The notes under the pieces: model-generated | Seen by the model: only the letters and a program-made list of their open reading frames with translations | Told to the model about the DNA's origin: nothing | The model's database searches: none | From: Raja brachyura | Lineage: Eukaryota | Assembly: GCA_963514005.1 (NCBI GenBank) | Contig: OY740813.1 | Span: 23,064,001-23,128,000 of the forward strand | Direction: 5' to 3' | Length of the DNA stretch: 64,000 nucleotides | Translations under genes and position numbers: made by a program | Shown here: one piece after another, positions 40,681 through 54,202 of the stretch | Layout: every line of letters begins with the position of its first letter | Position numbering within the stretch: the first letter of the stretch is position 1

Positions 40681-41392
40681 TCTTGCTGCAACAATAGAGC
40701 ACATCTTGGCATCTTTACAGCAGCAAATAAATTGTCTACCTGTGTTTCTGTTTTTCATCTCAAAGGTACAGAAGATGACCGTTCTAAAATCTAATGTGAG
40801 AGAAGCTGTAATCACAGAACTCCCTCCTTGCCATGGCTAACTCCATGTAACTGCATCTACAACACATGCAAACTTGCTGGTGCTATATCAAACAAAGCTT
40901 TTCTGCATAATATTTACAAAGGTACAGGTGTCATGGAAAGTAATGTATAATTCATGTTGAGTTCTAACTGACTCCAGCAAACAGCAGAACATGATGCTTC
41001 AAAATCAGCTCCAATCCCTATTTTGGCTTAATGCAACACTCCAACTGTAGAGCTCTGCCAAAGCGAGTTTCATTTACCTACTGGACACTTCAAAACTGAA
41101 AAATGGATTGGAATGCAAATAGTGTCATCTATACATCAGTAAATTCAAAATATGTTGCCTGGAAGCAAAGTTTTGAACAGATGCACATACCAGAGATTTC
41201 TTCAAGCCAAGCCCATCAAATTTACATTTGATGATACAATGCGGCATCAATTACTTAAAAGCAAAGTGGATAAGAACCAATTACTAATCGGCAGCAAGAA
41301 TCCATAAGGAAAAAGATGGGATTTTAATGGTTAAAGACATGGAAATAAATGAATGTGAAAGGATGATACAATGACGTGTTCAGAAATGTTAA

Positions 41393-41826
41393 TTTAGTTT
41401 TAGTTTAGAGATAGTGTGGAAACAGGCCCTTCAGCCCATCATGTCAGTGCCGAACAGCAATCCCCATACACTAACTACACACACGGAAAAATTTACAATT
41501 TCTACTGAACCCTACTAACCTACAAACCTGTGTAAGAAAGAACTGTAGATGTTGGTTCAAACCGGAGATAGACACAAAAAGCTGGAGTAACTCAGCGGGA
41601 CTGGCAGCATCTCTGGAGAGACGGAATGGGTGACGTCTTGAGTCGAGACCCTTCTTCAGACTGGTGTAGGTTTGTCTAACCTACAAATCTGTACATCTTT
41701 GGAGTGTGGGATGAAACCGGAGCACCTGGGGAAAACCCACGTGGTGGTGGGGAGAACGTACAAACTGTACAGGCATCACCCGGGTCTCTGGCGCTGTAAG
41801 GTGGCAACTCTTTCTCAGTGCCGCCC
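41393..41826 (-). mobile_element. HE1-type SINE with a nested pLTR monomer
   Basis: (tttag)n tail at 41393-41407; head ends ..gtgccgccc at 41826. Confidence 0.8.
41532..41664 (-). mobile_element. About 130-bp pLTR/hammerhead monomer nested in an HE1-type SINE
   Basis: Flanked by ctaacctacaaa(c/t)ctgt at 41515-41531 and 41676-41692. Confidence 0.8.
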
Positions 41827-43134
41827 AATTTTTTTAAGAGAATTTTAAAACAAGTTTTCATTGTACAAGGGATATGCAGCTCTCCCTGCCAATGAGGCTG
41901 GATTTGGTTGCAAGTTAAGGATTTTTGACGAGCAAAAAAAACAATTCAAAAACAACCCCACAGGCACAAGAGCAACCCTGGTACTGTTTGACAGTTTTCT
42001 TTTTACAGAAGCTCTCGTGAGACTAACAATGAAAGGATCAAAAGGCAAGTAATGTTATACACCGGGCACAAGAATTCAAGCTGTTTGAGAATTTACAATC
42101 TTTTCAGAAAAACATCAAGATAACTCCCTCTTTACTCTCTTCCTGCTCAACATGGGCCAACCCCACTTAAAGAGCAAATAAAATGGGTTTTAAAAAGTGG
42201 GGGCCAGTCAACAATAGACCGCACAAAGCATTTGACAGCATTCTCATTGATCAAATCTGACCTACTTAAACTGTACTGTACGGCACACTTGAACAAAATT
42301 CTGCGCATGCATCTTAAATGAAAGTACCTCAAAACTCGAAAGACAATGCACCCCAAGAAATAGCTAAAATCTCTCTGTAGAAAATTGCACACCAATGAGT
42401 TGTACATGCAACTTCCAAAACATTTACATTCTTCAGGTTTTTAGGAAGCCTCTCGACGGACCATGTTTCAGTTCAATTTTAATGCAACGACACCACCTAC
42501 TGGTTTGCAAAGCGTTCAGCCGCTATCTGAGATGCACTTCAAAAATGCAAATCGCACGCTTAGCAAAGCAGAAATAATTTATTCCAGCTTGTACTACCCT
42601 GCTGCTTATACCGTTTTATTTACGAACATAGACTGGGGATATACAGTTAGAATTTGTACATTTTTATAAGCAATGGTTGTAGGCAACCATAAGGGGACTG
42701 TAAAATACACAACAGTGGAGGATATAAATAAATCATGCTACATAAGCCTCAACTTCCTTCAATATTAAAAACACCAAATGCGCTACACTACAAATTTATG
42801 TGCGCTGTTAAAAGAGTTTGTTCTTGCATTTGCAGAATATACTTTTATGAATAACCAGACTGCACAGGCATACAGCAGCAGTCTGATCAGCCAGTGAGTG
42901 GATGGCACAAGCCAAACAAGACAAGCTAACGTGCAGGAAAGAACTGCAGATGCTTGTTTAAATCCAAGGTAGACACAAAATGCTGGAGTAACTCAGCGGG
43001 ACAGGCAGCATCTCTGGAAAGAAGGAATGGGTGACGTTTCGCTTACTGTTTGCAGAAGAATCTTTTTGGAATAAGACCAACCATAAAATTACAGGAACCC
43101 CAGAACATCTTTGCAAAAGAGACACCAAACCTCA

Positions 43135-43665
43135 GGGCTGCACAGTACCACAGCTTGTAGAGCCGCTGCCTCATAGCACCAGGGTTCAAATCTGACCTCT
43201 GGTGTTACATGCGTTGAGTTTGCACGTTCTCCCTGTGACCATGTGGGCTTCCTCCAGATTCTCCTATTTCCTCCCACATTGCAGATTAAATGGCCTCTCC
43301 AAATTGCCCCTGGTGTGTAGAATCTTGGGAGAATTGATGACAATATGGAGAGAGTAAAATTGGATTAGATTAGTGTAGGATTAGAGTGGTTAATGATCAA
43401 TGTCAACCCGGTGAGCCAATGAGCCTGTTTTCATACTGTATCTCTCTATGACCTATTGAAAAGGTTACAACAGCGTTGAACATATCAGTATTTATTGAGG
43501 TCAATTAACCTGCAAACAAGCATGTCTTTGGGATGTGGGTGGAAGCCAAAGCACCCAAATGAAACCGACATTGTCAGAGGGGAAATGTGCAATCACCACA
43601 CGACGTCAGGATCAAACCCGGGTCTTTGGTGCTGTGAGGCAGCAGCTCTGCCAGCTGTATCGCCC
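43135..43665. mobile_element. Two adjacent V-SINEs in inverted orientation (43135-43451 +, 43497-43665 -)
   Basis: Head and V-domain recognisable in both orientations. Confidence 0.7.
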
Positions 43666-44054
43666 TAGACGCAGGGCACATTCCAAGAGAGATCGCCTGG
43701 GAAGAAAGTGCCTGGGAATAGGCAGAGCAGACATACATCAGCTATCAGGTTTAGAGTATGAATTCAGTCAGGAGGAAATAGGAGGTAGAGAAGCATGGGA
43801 GAAAAATACCAAATTCAGATGGAACTGGGACAGAAGGCTAGGAGACAGAGAGACAGAGGTTGAATGTAACTTGAATGGGTGCAGGAAACTCTGTAAGGAG
43901 AGGTGTGAGGAATGCCATGAATCTACAGAAGGGCTCTGAAATGAACATGGAGGGATGGAGAGCAAGCAGAGGTTGTCAAGGACATGTGATGGCTGAAGGA
44001 TCTAGGTTCTGAATTCATAGTTAGCAAATGGCAAGAACGAACATGGGTTTAGAG

Positions 44055-45155
44055 CAGGGGTCGGCAACCAACTGCCCCCGGGCTGAATGTGGCCCGTAAC
44101 CTGAAATCATCCCGCCCACCGCCGTATTTTTTTCCCATATTCATCCAGCCCGCAGGCTTCCGTCATCTCCAGTACCTCCCGGGCCAGAGGCGCCCAGGCA
44201 AGGTGACGCAAGGAGGCCTGCGCTGGTGGCCGCTGAGAGCCGAGCACGGCCGAACGCCAACAGCAACGTCATCCATTCCTTCTCTCCAGAGTCGCTGCCT
44301 GTGCCGCTGAGTTACTCCAGCAACTTGTGTCTATTCACAAGTACTCTTTTATCTCTGTGGAATATGGACCCTGTGGAGGCGTTGTATGGAATTATATAAC
44401 TGGTGTGGACTGATGGTGGGATGGGAGAGGTGGAGTGTCTGCTGTACATATGCTTTCTGTAAGAGCAGTCTATTTACTGCCATTGTTTATGTATCAGCCG
44501 TAACCAGTTTCAGTTCAGATGCTTACCAAAACATAAATTATACATAAATTGTACAAGACAGTGAAAAGTAAAATACTGCACAATGAAAGCAAAACAATAG
44601 ATCAAACAGCCCAAACTCTTGTGGAACCCATTCCACCTTAATCCCTCTGCCCACGATGATTTTGAACTGAATCTCCTGTTCGCGCCTCCTAAAAGACATT
44701 CTCCAGCATTCCAACCCAAGTTCCAGGTCGCAGGGCTGTTCAGAGAAATAGACATAAAATGGTGGAGTAACTCAGCGGGGCAGGCAGCATCCCCGGAGAG
44801 AAGGAATAGGTGATCTATCTATCCCAGCCTTAATGAAACCAATGTTTTAAAGAAGTTCAACACAACCGCCTTGCCTTTGTACCCAGCACCTTTAGTTACA
44901 AATCCGTGCAAATGGTTGGCATTGTTGATACTGCATATTTTGCACAGTGCATATACTGCATAGTGGAGTATCTTGCTCCGCTCTATGATCTTTGGCCAGT
45001 GGTCTGGGTGGTGTCCTCGAAGGGGCGGGATCTATGTGACACATGATTTGTTGCCTGCTGTCTTTGGCGGGATCCATGTGTACACGTGATAGATGTGGCC
45101 ATCCGCTCACAGATATGCGTCCCGACCCCTATGCAGAACAAGGTTGCCGACCCCC
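44055..45155. mobile_element. Non-autonomous hAT (Charlie/Buster-like) element, about 1.1 kb
   Basis: TIR CAGGGGTCGGCAACC / GGTTGCCGACCCC(c); 8-bp TSD GTTTAGAG at 44047-54 and 45156-63 with central TA. Confidence 0.85.
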
Positions 45156-46136
45156 GTTTAGAGTTTGCAGAATACACTACAATTTCTAAAATCAATTTAA
45201 GGCCAGTGCGATCTTTGTGAAGCACAAAGGGTTATGATGCAGGGATAAAAAGCAAGTAATGCCACAACAGAAAGCCACCAATACATTGATATTGATGGGG
45301 TGGGAAAGACGCAGTGATTAGAGGTTGCAGTTCAATCACCAGGAGTGTCTCTGGTACATTTTGACCAGTCAACAAATATTCCTAAATATTAATAAAGAAA
45401 AGTGCCGATGTTTGAAATCTGAAGTAAAAACAGGAAGACTCTGGATTCATCCAGTAGTCAAACCAGGTACCTTTGTCTTTGTTGACCTGAAGCCACGAGG
45501 CTTTGATTGTGCAGTTATGATAGAGTCAAGAGAAAAATGAGAAATTAAAAGAGATCACGGGTGGAACGTTGAATCAAATCAATTGGAAATGTGTCAAAAC
45601 TGTTACGTGTGCATCCATAACAGCATGTGGAGCAGAGGAAAGATGATGATACATGATATCACCACCCAATATATTGAACACTGGCAAAACGGATAGAACA
45701 CAAACAGCAGGCAGCAATATATGGAACACCCATTAGTGCAATCAAAAAATATAACCGGACAAATATCTGAATATGTGAGAGAAGGAACAATGATGCCAAA
45801 GAGAAAGATTTTCACATTATGTTGTATTTTGAAATCACTTCCATACTTACGAGTGATAAATCAGGATCACAAATCCAAAACCCAACAATAAGATGATATG
45901 CATATCTTGGCTCTTTGAAAGAGATATCAGGATATTCTTTCCTTCCGGCCCCATCCCCACATCACTGTTTCATTTTCAATTACTTTACAAATCAAGGTTT
46001 GATGACAACTCAAAGTTAATGCTATTGTAGTGGAAAACTCAATTAGTGCGTGTAAGATATTAACACATCTAAACACAAACAATGTCTGTGCTGTTACTTC
46101 TTCATACAATGTTCAGCAAACGTAAGAGAAACTCAC

Positions 46137-46252
46137 CCATAGTTACATATGGCAATGTGTCAGTTGATCCATGTGGATAAATGCTATAAAGATGGGGACC
46201 AGTACAGTCTACTCCTCCAAGTACTAGCGCTGCACCAATGTATCCTTGATAT
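46137..46252 (-). CDS. PSMB7: PSMB7 exon 5 ([39 protein letters not shown])
   Basis: Acceptor tttttcctgaactAG, donor GTGAGT; 116 nt, phase consistent. Confidence 0.98.
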
Positions 46253-47836
46253 CTAGTTCAGGAAAAAGGAACAGGTTACTTGTTTGCTGGAAGAAGTGCA
46301 TGCTTAAAAGGTGGCTGAAAATATTTCAAGAAAAATCAGAATTTCAAAAATGTGGACGATAATTATATATCCTAAATATATATATTTATGATTATATACA
46401 GATATGTTTAAGAATAAAAATAACAAATGTTTATTCCACAATTACAAATGCCTTGTTGTCCAAGTACTAACGAGTGCTTTCTCATCCAGAGATGTCATCT
46501 TACTTTTACTTGCTGTTTCAGGAACTCCAAAGATCAGAATTTTTTTTTAAACTATACTATTCATTGCCACAATAATAATACATAAAACAATGCAAATATA
46601 CAAATTGAGTTTTACTATTTATTTGATTAAATGTAGATAGTGGGCTCTGAACTAGCTGAATCAAATACCCAAGGCATTTTGATTTAGTTTGGTAGAATTA
46701 AAACTATTCATCTAATTGACATTGCACCTCATTTAACAAGGGAGCAAAACTCAACTAACAATCACCAACATTTTATAATTGCAATCCATTGAGAAACAAA
46801 ATATTGCATATGCTAGTAACGTTTAAAAAAAGCATAACATTATGGGAGTATTAGGTGAACTAAAATATCTGTTTGGAAAAAGTTAACGTTCAGAAGACAC
46901 AATTTTTCCGTCAATGCTGCCACTGCTGGAGTGTAGAGTATTTTCTGCTCTTAAGTCAATTTTCTGCACTCAAGTTATTCCAATTAAATTACATGAGTGT
47001 GCAGATGTCTGCAGCACTCAACTCCTACTTTATTAGCTCATCTAGCTCAATTTATGACTGGATAATTCATTTCCTTTAGTAACTTTAACAAAACTTTTAA
47101 GAGAAGATTCGACCGGTTCAGAAAACAATCTGTGACTATCGCAGCTGCTGGAGATTTAGGGCAATAGACATACCTTTCAGAAAAGGAAAAAAAACCTGCA
47201 TTAGCACAAAGGTTTACCACAGTTGTGCTTCCAATTAATGAAAACATCTGAATCGTTAGTTTTAACTGGCAACATGCTGGGTCTAAGAATCAATAAGCAA
47301 ATACTTTAGTAGATAGGGAACTAGATGAGGATGAAAGTTGGACGCAAATTAGATAGATCTGCTGCAATAAATTAATTATAGGGAGCTTAATCTACAAGGT
47401 AGAGAGATAAAACAAAATTGATGATTAAACTGGTGGCAGGGTTCCTTGAACGCAGCAGAGCTGATTGAATAAATCATATGTCTTGGCAGTCGTCATATCT
47501 GTTTCAGGATGGTAGGTTAGTCTGTCTATTGTTACTGAACTAGTCATCTGGAGACACAAACTAAATTCAGAGATGGCAAATTCAACCTCAGCAATTTGTT
47601 TCTGAATTTTATTTGCGTTTTATTAAAGTTCCGAAACGAATACTTGGATTAAAAGCGACTTTAAAATTCAGAATCATGTAAATACCCATCTCATTCACTG
47701 AAGCTTTTGCACAAACAAAGGCGAAAGGTTTAGCCTATAGGTGACTACAGGCCATTGCTAATGTGCTGATTCACAGTTGGGCCTGTGGATGACTCCACGA
47801 TTATGCCTATTCATTGTTGCCCTCTGGCATGATTTA

Positions 47837-48202
47837 AGGGGCTGTCCCACTGTACGAGCTAATTCAAGAGTTCTCCCCAGTTTCCTCTGATTCGAACTCG
47901 AAGAATTACTGTCATAGCCGCTCGTAGGTACTCGGGGCTCTCGTGCACATTTTTCAACTCGTCAAGAATTTTCAACATGTTGAAAAATCTTCACGAGTTT
48001 ACCGTGTTTCCCGAGTACCCGCCGTTAGCGTCACGAGCCGCTAAGAGATGTCCCAAGCTCCGACGTACCCGCTACGTACATTCTTAGCAGGTACCACGAG
48101 TTTGATTTTTACCACGAGTTTACCAGGAGTGCTTACCACGTGTTTGATTTTTTTTAAACTCGGGAGAGCTCTTGAATTAGCTCATACAATGGGACAGCCC
48201 CT
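47837..48202. mobile_element. PIF/Harbinger-type MITE, 366 bp
   Basis: About 47-bp TIRs (AGGGGCTGTCCCAyTGTAyGAGCTAATTCAAGAG..., 4 mismatches); TTA TSD at 47834-36 and 48203-05. Confidence 0.9.
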
Positions 48203-49044
48203 TTAGCAAGTCACTCAGCTAAATCAAATATTGCCCGCAACACATCAAAAAGAAATTTCTGCATGAGCATCTTATTAGGACCAAGGGTGAGCCATAAGTG
48301 CGGGCTTTTGGCAGGACAATTGTCACGGAAATTAATACCCACAATAGCCAAACTGGACAGTTCTTAAGGTAGAATTCTTGGGCAAGTAATGCGATTTAGA
48401 GCAACTGTGATAATAACAAATCTAAAATAGATAAATTGGACTACAAACTAACCAAATTCAGAGAGGTGCCGTAATAAAAAGTAATTAAGGAAATAAAAGT
48501 GCAACAAAACAAAAATTGCATGCTAATCAGATGAAAGATTTTAATACTAATTGGCTATGGCACTGTCTGACCAAGAGTAATGGGAACAATAAATAGGAAT
48601 ATATGGATTTCAACAAAAATAATATTTAATGGAATCTAATAGGTATAGGGATATAACATTCATGAGGAATAGAAAGATGTTAAGAGGACAATCTAAATAT
48701 GAATAGGCAAACTTAAAGAGCACAAGGAAGCAAATTGGTGGGTTTCTACGAATGGAAATAAGTTTTAAAATTAGAGAAATAGAAACCTAAAATGCTTTAT
48801 TTCACAGTGAGAGAAAACAGCACTGGTTTTTTTTTGAATAAAATATAAAGACAAGTAGGACTATGGTCATACTCGAGCAAATGTGACTGATCGCTGCAGG
48901 GGGGAAAGATTCAAATATAAACATCAACATAAAAGTCATTCAGATAAAATGGAGACATAAGAATCTGCAGATCCTGGAATCCCGAGCTAAAATCTGGTGC
49001 AGTACAGTGGGCAGTATCAGAATTAAAGTAGATAAAAATGACAT

Positions 49045-49435
49045 TCTGCTGTCAGCTTTAGTTCAGTCAATAACATTCTCCCTTCAGAGGCAGAGGTTGT
49101 GGGTTGGAAGCCCCACTCCAGACACTTGAACACAAATATTCTGTGGTTTCCCGAGGCAGTGCTGTGATATCAGTACTGCTTTCTTTAGGGTAAAAGCTTC
49201 CATTGAGGTCCCTCTGCTCTCCCAGGTGGAGAATAATGATCCCAGTGCAATATGTTAGGGATCACAGAAGTTCTTCATAGTGTCTTTGCCAATAATTATT
49301 CTGATAAACTCTTCACATTGGTAATAGAGCAGACATCTGGTCATAATCACATTGCTGAATTTGAATGTTTAAGTGACACTAATAGGTGCCATGGTTCCTA
49401 CATTGTAAGAATAGCCAAAAGCTGCAACAAGCTTT
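49045..49435 (+). mobile_element. Ancient Deu-domain SINE (SacSINE1-like)
   Basis: tRNA-like head (cagaggttgtgggttggaagccccactccag) and Deu-like core (ctgctctcccaggtgga..gatccca..gtgtctttgccaata..atctggtcataatcacattgctg). Confidence 0.65.
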
Positions 49436-49859
49436 GGGGCAGAAACACAAAGTGCTGGAGAAACTCAGCAGGACAGGCAGCATCTTTGGAGGGAATGGAC
49501 AGAAACGTTTCGGGTTAGATCCCCTCTTCAAAGTTTTTTAAAAAATTTCTGCTGAGGTTTGTTTTTCCACCTGGCGGGAGGAGTAGAGTGAAAATCACCT
49601 CATAGGTTAGACTGAAAATCTTGAAGAGTTCAGATAAGGTGCCAGTTGTCATATCCCAAAAGACGGGACTTTGAGGAGAGGTTCTTGATTAGCAAGTATA
49701 TTGGGTCAATGAAAACTATTTCCTTAAGAACAAATGGAAAGCTCCCCAGGCCCACATGGCATGCACCCCCCAGAGTAACAGATGCGGCTTAGTAAGTGGT
49801 GATTTTTGTTTTACACCAAAACCCTAGGAGGGAAGCTGCTGCACAGTGCTCATCAAGAA

Positions 49860-52362
49860 AAAAGATTAAAGCAAATAAATGATAAGCCAATTAATCTGTG
49901 CAGTGAATGAAATTCATCAACACTTCAAAAAAAATTGGCTACTCAGGGACATTGGGCAGTGGTTTTTAAAGGGCAAGTTGTGCTGAACTGATTTAATTGG
50001 ATCTTGAGAGGAAATCAAACTCTATGGTTATAATTGGGGAAATATAATTTTCCAAATCATTGACAAGGTGCCAGCATCTATTAAGCCATATGGTGTCAGA
50101 GGAATAAAACCTTGTGACTTCAAAGATAGATAAGGTAGGACTGTTGCAATACCTTGGGAATCTACGCTAGGACTGTTTCTGTTTAATATAAACCTCAAGA
50201 ACATTAATTTTTAGTGACAGAAATATTAAGATGTATTGCCAGGCAAATAATGTGAAACGGTGATCTATGGGAGAAAAAGTCAAAATATTAAGGTTCCTAC
50301 TAGACATTAAAAACAGATCCAAAGGTGCAAGGTCAGGTTTGATGACATTGGACTGGAACTTTCAAAAGTTGAAAGGGGGGGGTGGAGAAGAGGTTGTTTG
50401 CTGGTACAGGGATGTCTGGCACTTAGGAGGAGGAGGAGGAGGCGGGGGGGGGGGGGGGTCTCAGAGATTGCATGATCCTAATAAAGTGAAGGACAAGGCT
50501 GGCAAGAGTAGAGAACTCTGGTTGGCAAGAAATACTTAGGTTAGGAGGCATATGTCAAGTATAGGCAGCTGGGATTGAGTGCATCCCTTGAAGATAGGAG
50601 TAGGAGTACAATTAGAAGAGAATCCAGGAGGGTAAAAGGGGGAACATACGATAGCTTTGGCAGGTAAGGTAAAGGAAAATCCAGAGATTATATTAAAGAG
50701 TAACCAGGTAGAGAACGGGGCCCTTTAAAGATCAACTAGGTCAACCATGTGTGGTGCCACATAAGATGGCAAGGTGTTAAATGACTATTTCTCACCTGTA
50801 TTAGTAATGTCTTGAAGAGAGTCCACATTGCAGAAGAGGAAATGTTGGAGAGCAGATAAATCCCCGGGATCGAGAACTTGTGGGAAGCCGGGAAAGAAAT
50901 AGCAAGACCCGTGCCTGAGATATTTGTAACAGGGATAGCCACAGGTGTGGTGGTGGAACCCAGGAGGATGGCTAATGTGGCTGGACTGCAGGAGTGGTAA
51001 AGATTGTGCCACTGTTTAAGAAACACTGCTAGGATAAGCCTGGTTGCTGGTGATATGGATGCCTAGGAACTTGAAGCCGTTGGAGGTTGCTGCTCCAACA
51101 CCATGATCCAGGATTCCTGATCTATTTCCTGTATTCAGTCTCATCACTTTGTTGATCCTGCCGATAACGGTGGTATCATCATTGAACTTAAAGAATGAGT
51201 TGGCGGTGTATTTGGCTACAAAGTCATGGGCGTACATGGATTAACAAAATCAAACTACAGGAAATATTATGACCAATTATACCCGACTGAGGTCTAGAAC
51301 CCAGTTACAGATTGAAGTTCGAAGGTCAAAGTCTAAGAGTTTAGAGTTGTTTGTTATTTCTATTAATGATTTGGATGTGAATGTAGGTGGCATGGTTAGT
51401 ATGTTTGCAAATGACACTTAAAATGGTGAATAATGGTTATCTAGGATTACCGCAGAATCTTGATCAACTGGGCTAACAGGTGGATGAAAAGCAGACAAGG
51501 TTTAATTTTGATAAATGCGAGATGTTACCTTATGTTAAAAATAAACCAGGGCAGTACATATACAATCAATGTTAGAGCCGTGGGGAATGATGTAGAACAG
51601 GAGGTGCAGGTTAATGAAAGTGGGGACAAAGGCAGACAGAGTGGTGAAAGTGGCGTGTGGCATGGTCGTCTTCATTGGTCAGTGTAAAGAATGCAGGAAA
51701 TGAGGATATCATGTTAGACACGTACAAGATATGGAGGAGGACTCATTTGGAGTGCAGTACTGGTCACCCTGTTATAGGAAGAATATCATTAAACTAGAAA
51801 GTGAGCAAAATAAATTGAGGGCATTGAGGCACAAGAAACTGTAGATTGCTAGATTCTTGAGCAGAAAAGTGCCGATGGAACTCAGCAGTCCAAGCCGCAT
51901 CTTTGGAGCGAAATGGACATCGACGTTTCAAATTTGGGTCCTTCTTCGGCTTTTTACTTCCGAGCATAGACTAAGGAGGTTTGATTTATAAGAGGTTGGA
52001 TATTCCCTGAGTGTGGGTGACTGAAGGGTGACCTAATGGAGGTTTATAAAATTATGAGGTGCATAGATTGGGTGATTAGCCACAGTCTCTAACTCAGTGA
52101 ATGGCAGTTTAAAACTAGAGGGCATACGTTTGTTTAGGATGAGAGGGGAAAAGACATGATAGGTACCTCATCAACAACTTTTTTTACACAGAGAATGCTG
52201 CATAAATGAAACAAACTACCAGATAAAGTGGTAGAGATGGATATAATGATGGCACTTATAAAGCACCTAGACAGGTACATCAATGGGAAAGGTTTGGAGG
52301 GATATAGGCAAATGGATGAATTAGGTTGAAGGTCTCTTTCCATGCTGTACAACTCTATGACC
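49860..52362 (+). mobile_element. Cluster of old CR1 fragments interrupted by a Rex-like fragment (about 51040-51240, -) and a pLTR monomer (about 51830-51950)
   Basis: RT remnants (INDLDVNVGGMVSMFANDT; ADDT-like KFNDDTTVIG on the minus strand) and a CR1 3' UTR ending at about 52360. Confidence 0.7.
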
Positions 52363-54202
52363 CATACATTTTTGCCCTCTTTGTTAATATTAAAAAAACA
52401 TTGTACTACCAACATCAACCACTTAAGATTACACCCGTCAGCATTAAAACATTCCAGCTATTTTTTGAAATGACTTCCTCAGCTGCTTGCAATTCAGATT
52501 CTCTGAAGTACCACGCATGCTACATGAAGCACATGCACATCTCATTTCTCAACTCTTCCTCTGCTATAAAACACAGATCTCTTCACTTGTGTTTGACGGG
52601 AACAGCTATTGACATCCAGAGGTCAGGAATTGGTCACTACTCGTATCAGTGCAGCTTCTTCAAGGAACCACTCAAGCAAGCAGCAGGCTTGAATAACATC
52701 CGCTGTCTGGCCTTTTATCAAACTCGTAGATAGAGCCCTAGAGTCATACAGCATGGAAACAGACCCTTTAGACCAGCCTGCTAACCATCTAAACTAGTCC
52801 ATTTCCCTGTGTTTGGACCATACCCCATTAAACCTTTCCTATCCATCTACCTGACTATGAGTCTCATTTTGATATCACTTTCACTAGCTGGAATCTGCAG
52901 GACCAGGGGTAAAATTATTCTTTGGTAAAGCTTTAACATTTGCTGCATCTGTTCCTAGTAACAACAACAGAACTGACATCAAATAGGTTATTCAGAATTA
53001 GAATGGTTGCCATTTAATGAACTCTTGCACACATTAGCAAGAAGGAAGCAGCAGGGTGGAAGGCAGCATTGAAAGATGTGCTTTAGAATGAAGCCACATG
53101 AATCTTAATTAAAAACATCAAGCTGATGCCCTTTTGGTTCCGAGTTACAACACCACTGATTCCATAGGAAGACTGGTGGAACAAGGCTTCAATAAAGTAT
53201 ACCCTCTTCCCATTTTCCTCTCCAATGCATCAGTGCAGCATGAAATTTGCTGCTTGGGAGTGGTAAACATTGCACCCGCTCTGTTAGGTAATGGTGTTCC
53301 CTAGCCATCCCTATGCCACACGAAGGGCAGGTGAATTGGACTGCTCTGCAGAGATGACAGCAGTGAATGCCTGAAATGGCTGAATTGTACACTGGCAATT
53401 AAATCCTATTGATTGTAATGCAGAAAAAAAAACATCAGTGTGCATACAACATAATACTGATTCACTGTTGCTTCTTTGTGCAATTAATTTATACCAAGTT
53501 AATACAAGGTAACTTGAGAGTTAGAAAGTTATGGAACTTGGAACAATTCTGGGAAGCAAGCTAAAGGTTATTACTTTTGACATAATTTGTAAAACAATTT
53601 GATTCATTTATGTCATGTGGAACCTTGGTACAACAGAAATATTATTTCAGTACTGTCCAGCATACAGTTGCTGTGTTAACTGTGCAGCATTATCAGAATA
53701 CAACACCCATGCGGTATTCATCACAAAACATCCTAGCCGGTGTGAGACAGGCAGGCACATTTGATCCAGTGGCAAACGACAGGGCCAAATGAACTAGCAA
53801 AGGCAGCAAGGGTGGCTGCTGCCACTGCAGGTAGTGTGTAAAATTACTGCTAACGATGTGTTGGGAGTCTCCAGAGGCAGGATGCCCACAATTAGCAGCA
53901 AAGCCACCATAAACAAATCAGCAGCTTTCATTGGTCTGGTGATTTTTGTTCTGCATTAGTCAGTATAATTTAATTGCCAGTAGACAATCCAGGCATTCGA
54001 GCCCGTCATCTCTGCTCTGGAGCAGCACAACTCACCTGCCTTTCCCATATCATGGTAGGCAATGGCATGCCAATATTTGAAGGATCCCAACCTGAAATAC
54101 CCCCCATCCATTCCCACGATCCACTCCCTCCATTGATTCTGCTGGACCCGCTTTAAGTTCCAGCAGCACTTTGTGTTTTGCTCAAGATATCAACATCATG
54201 AA

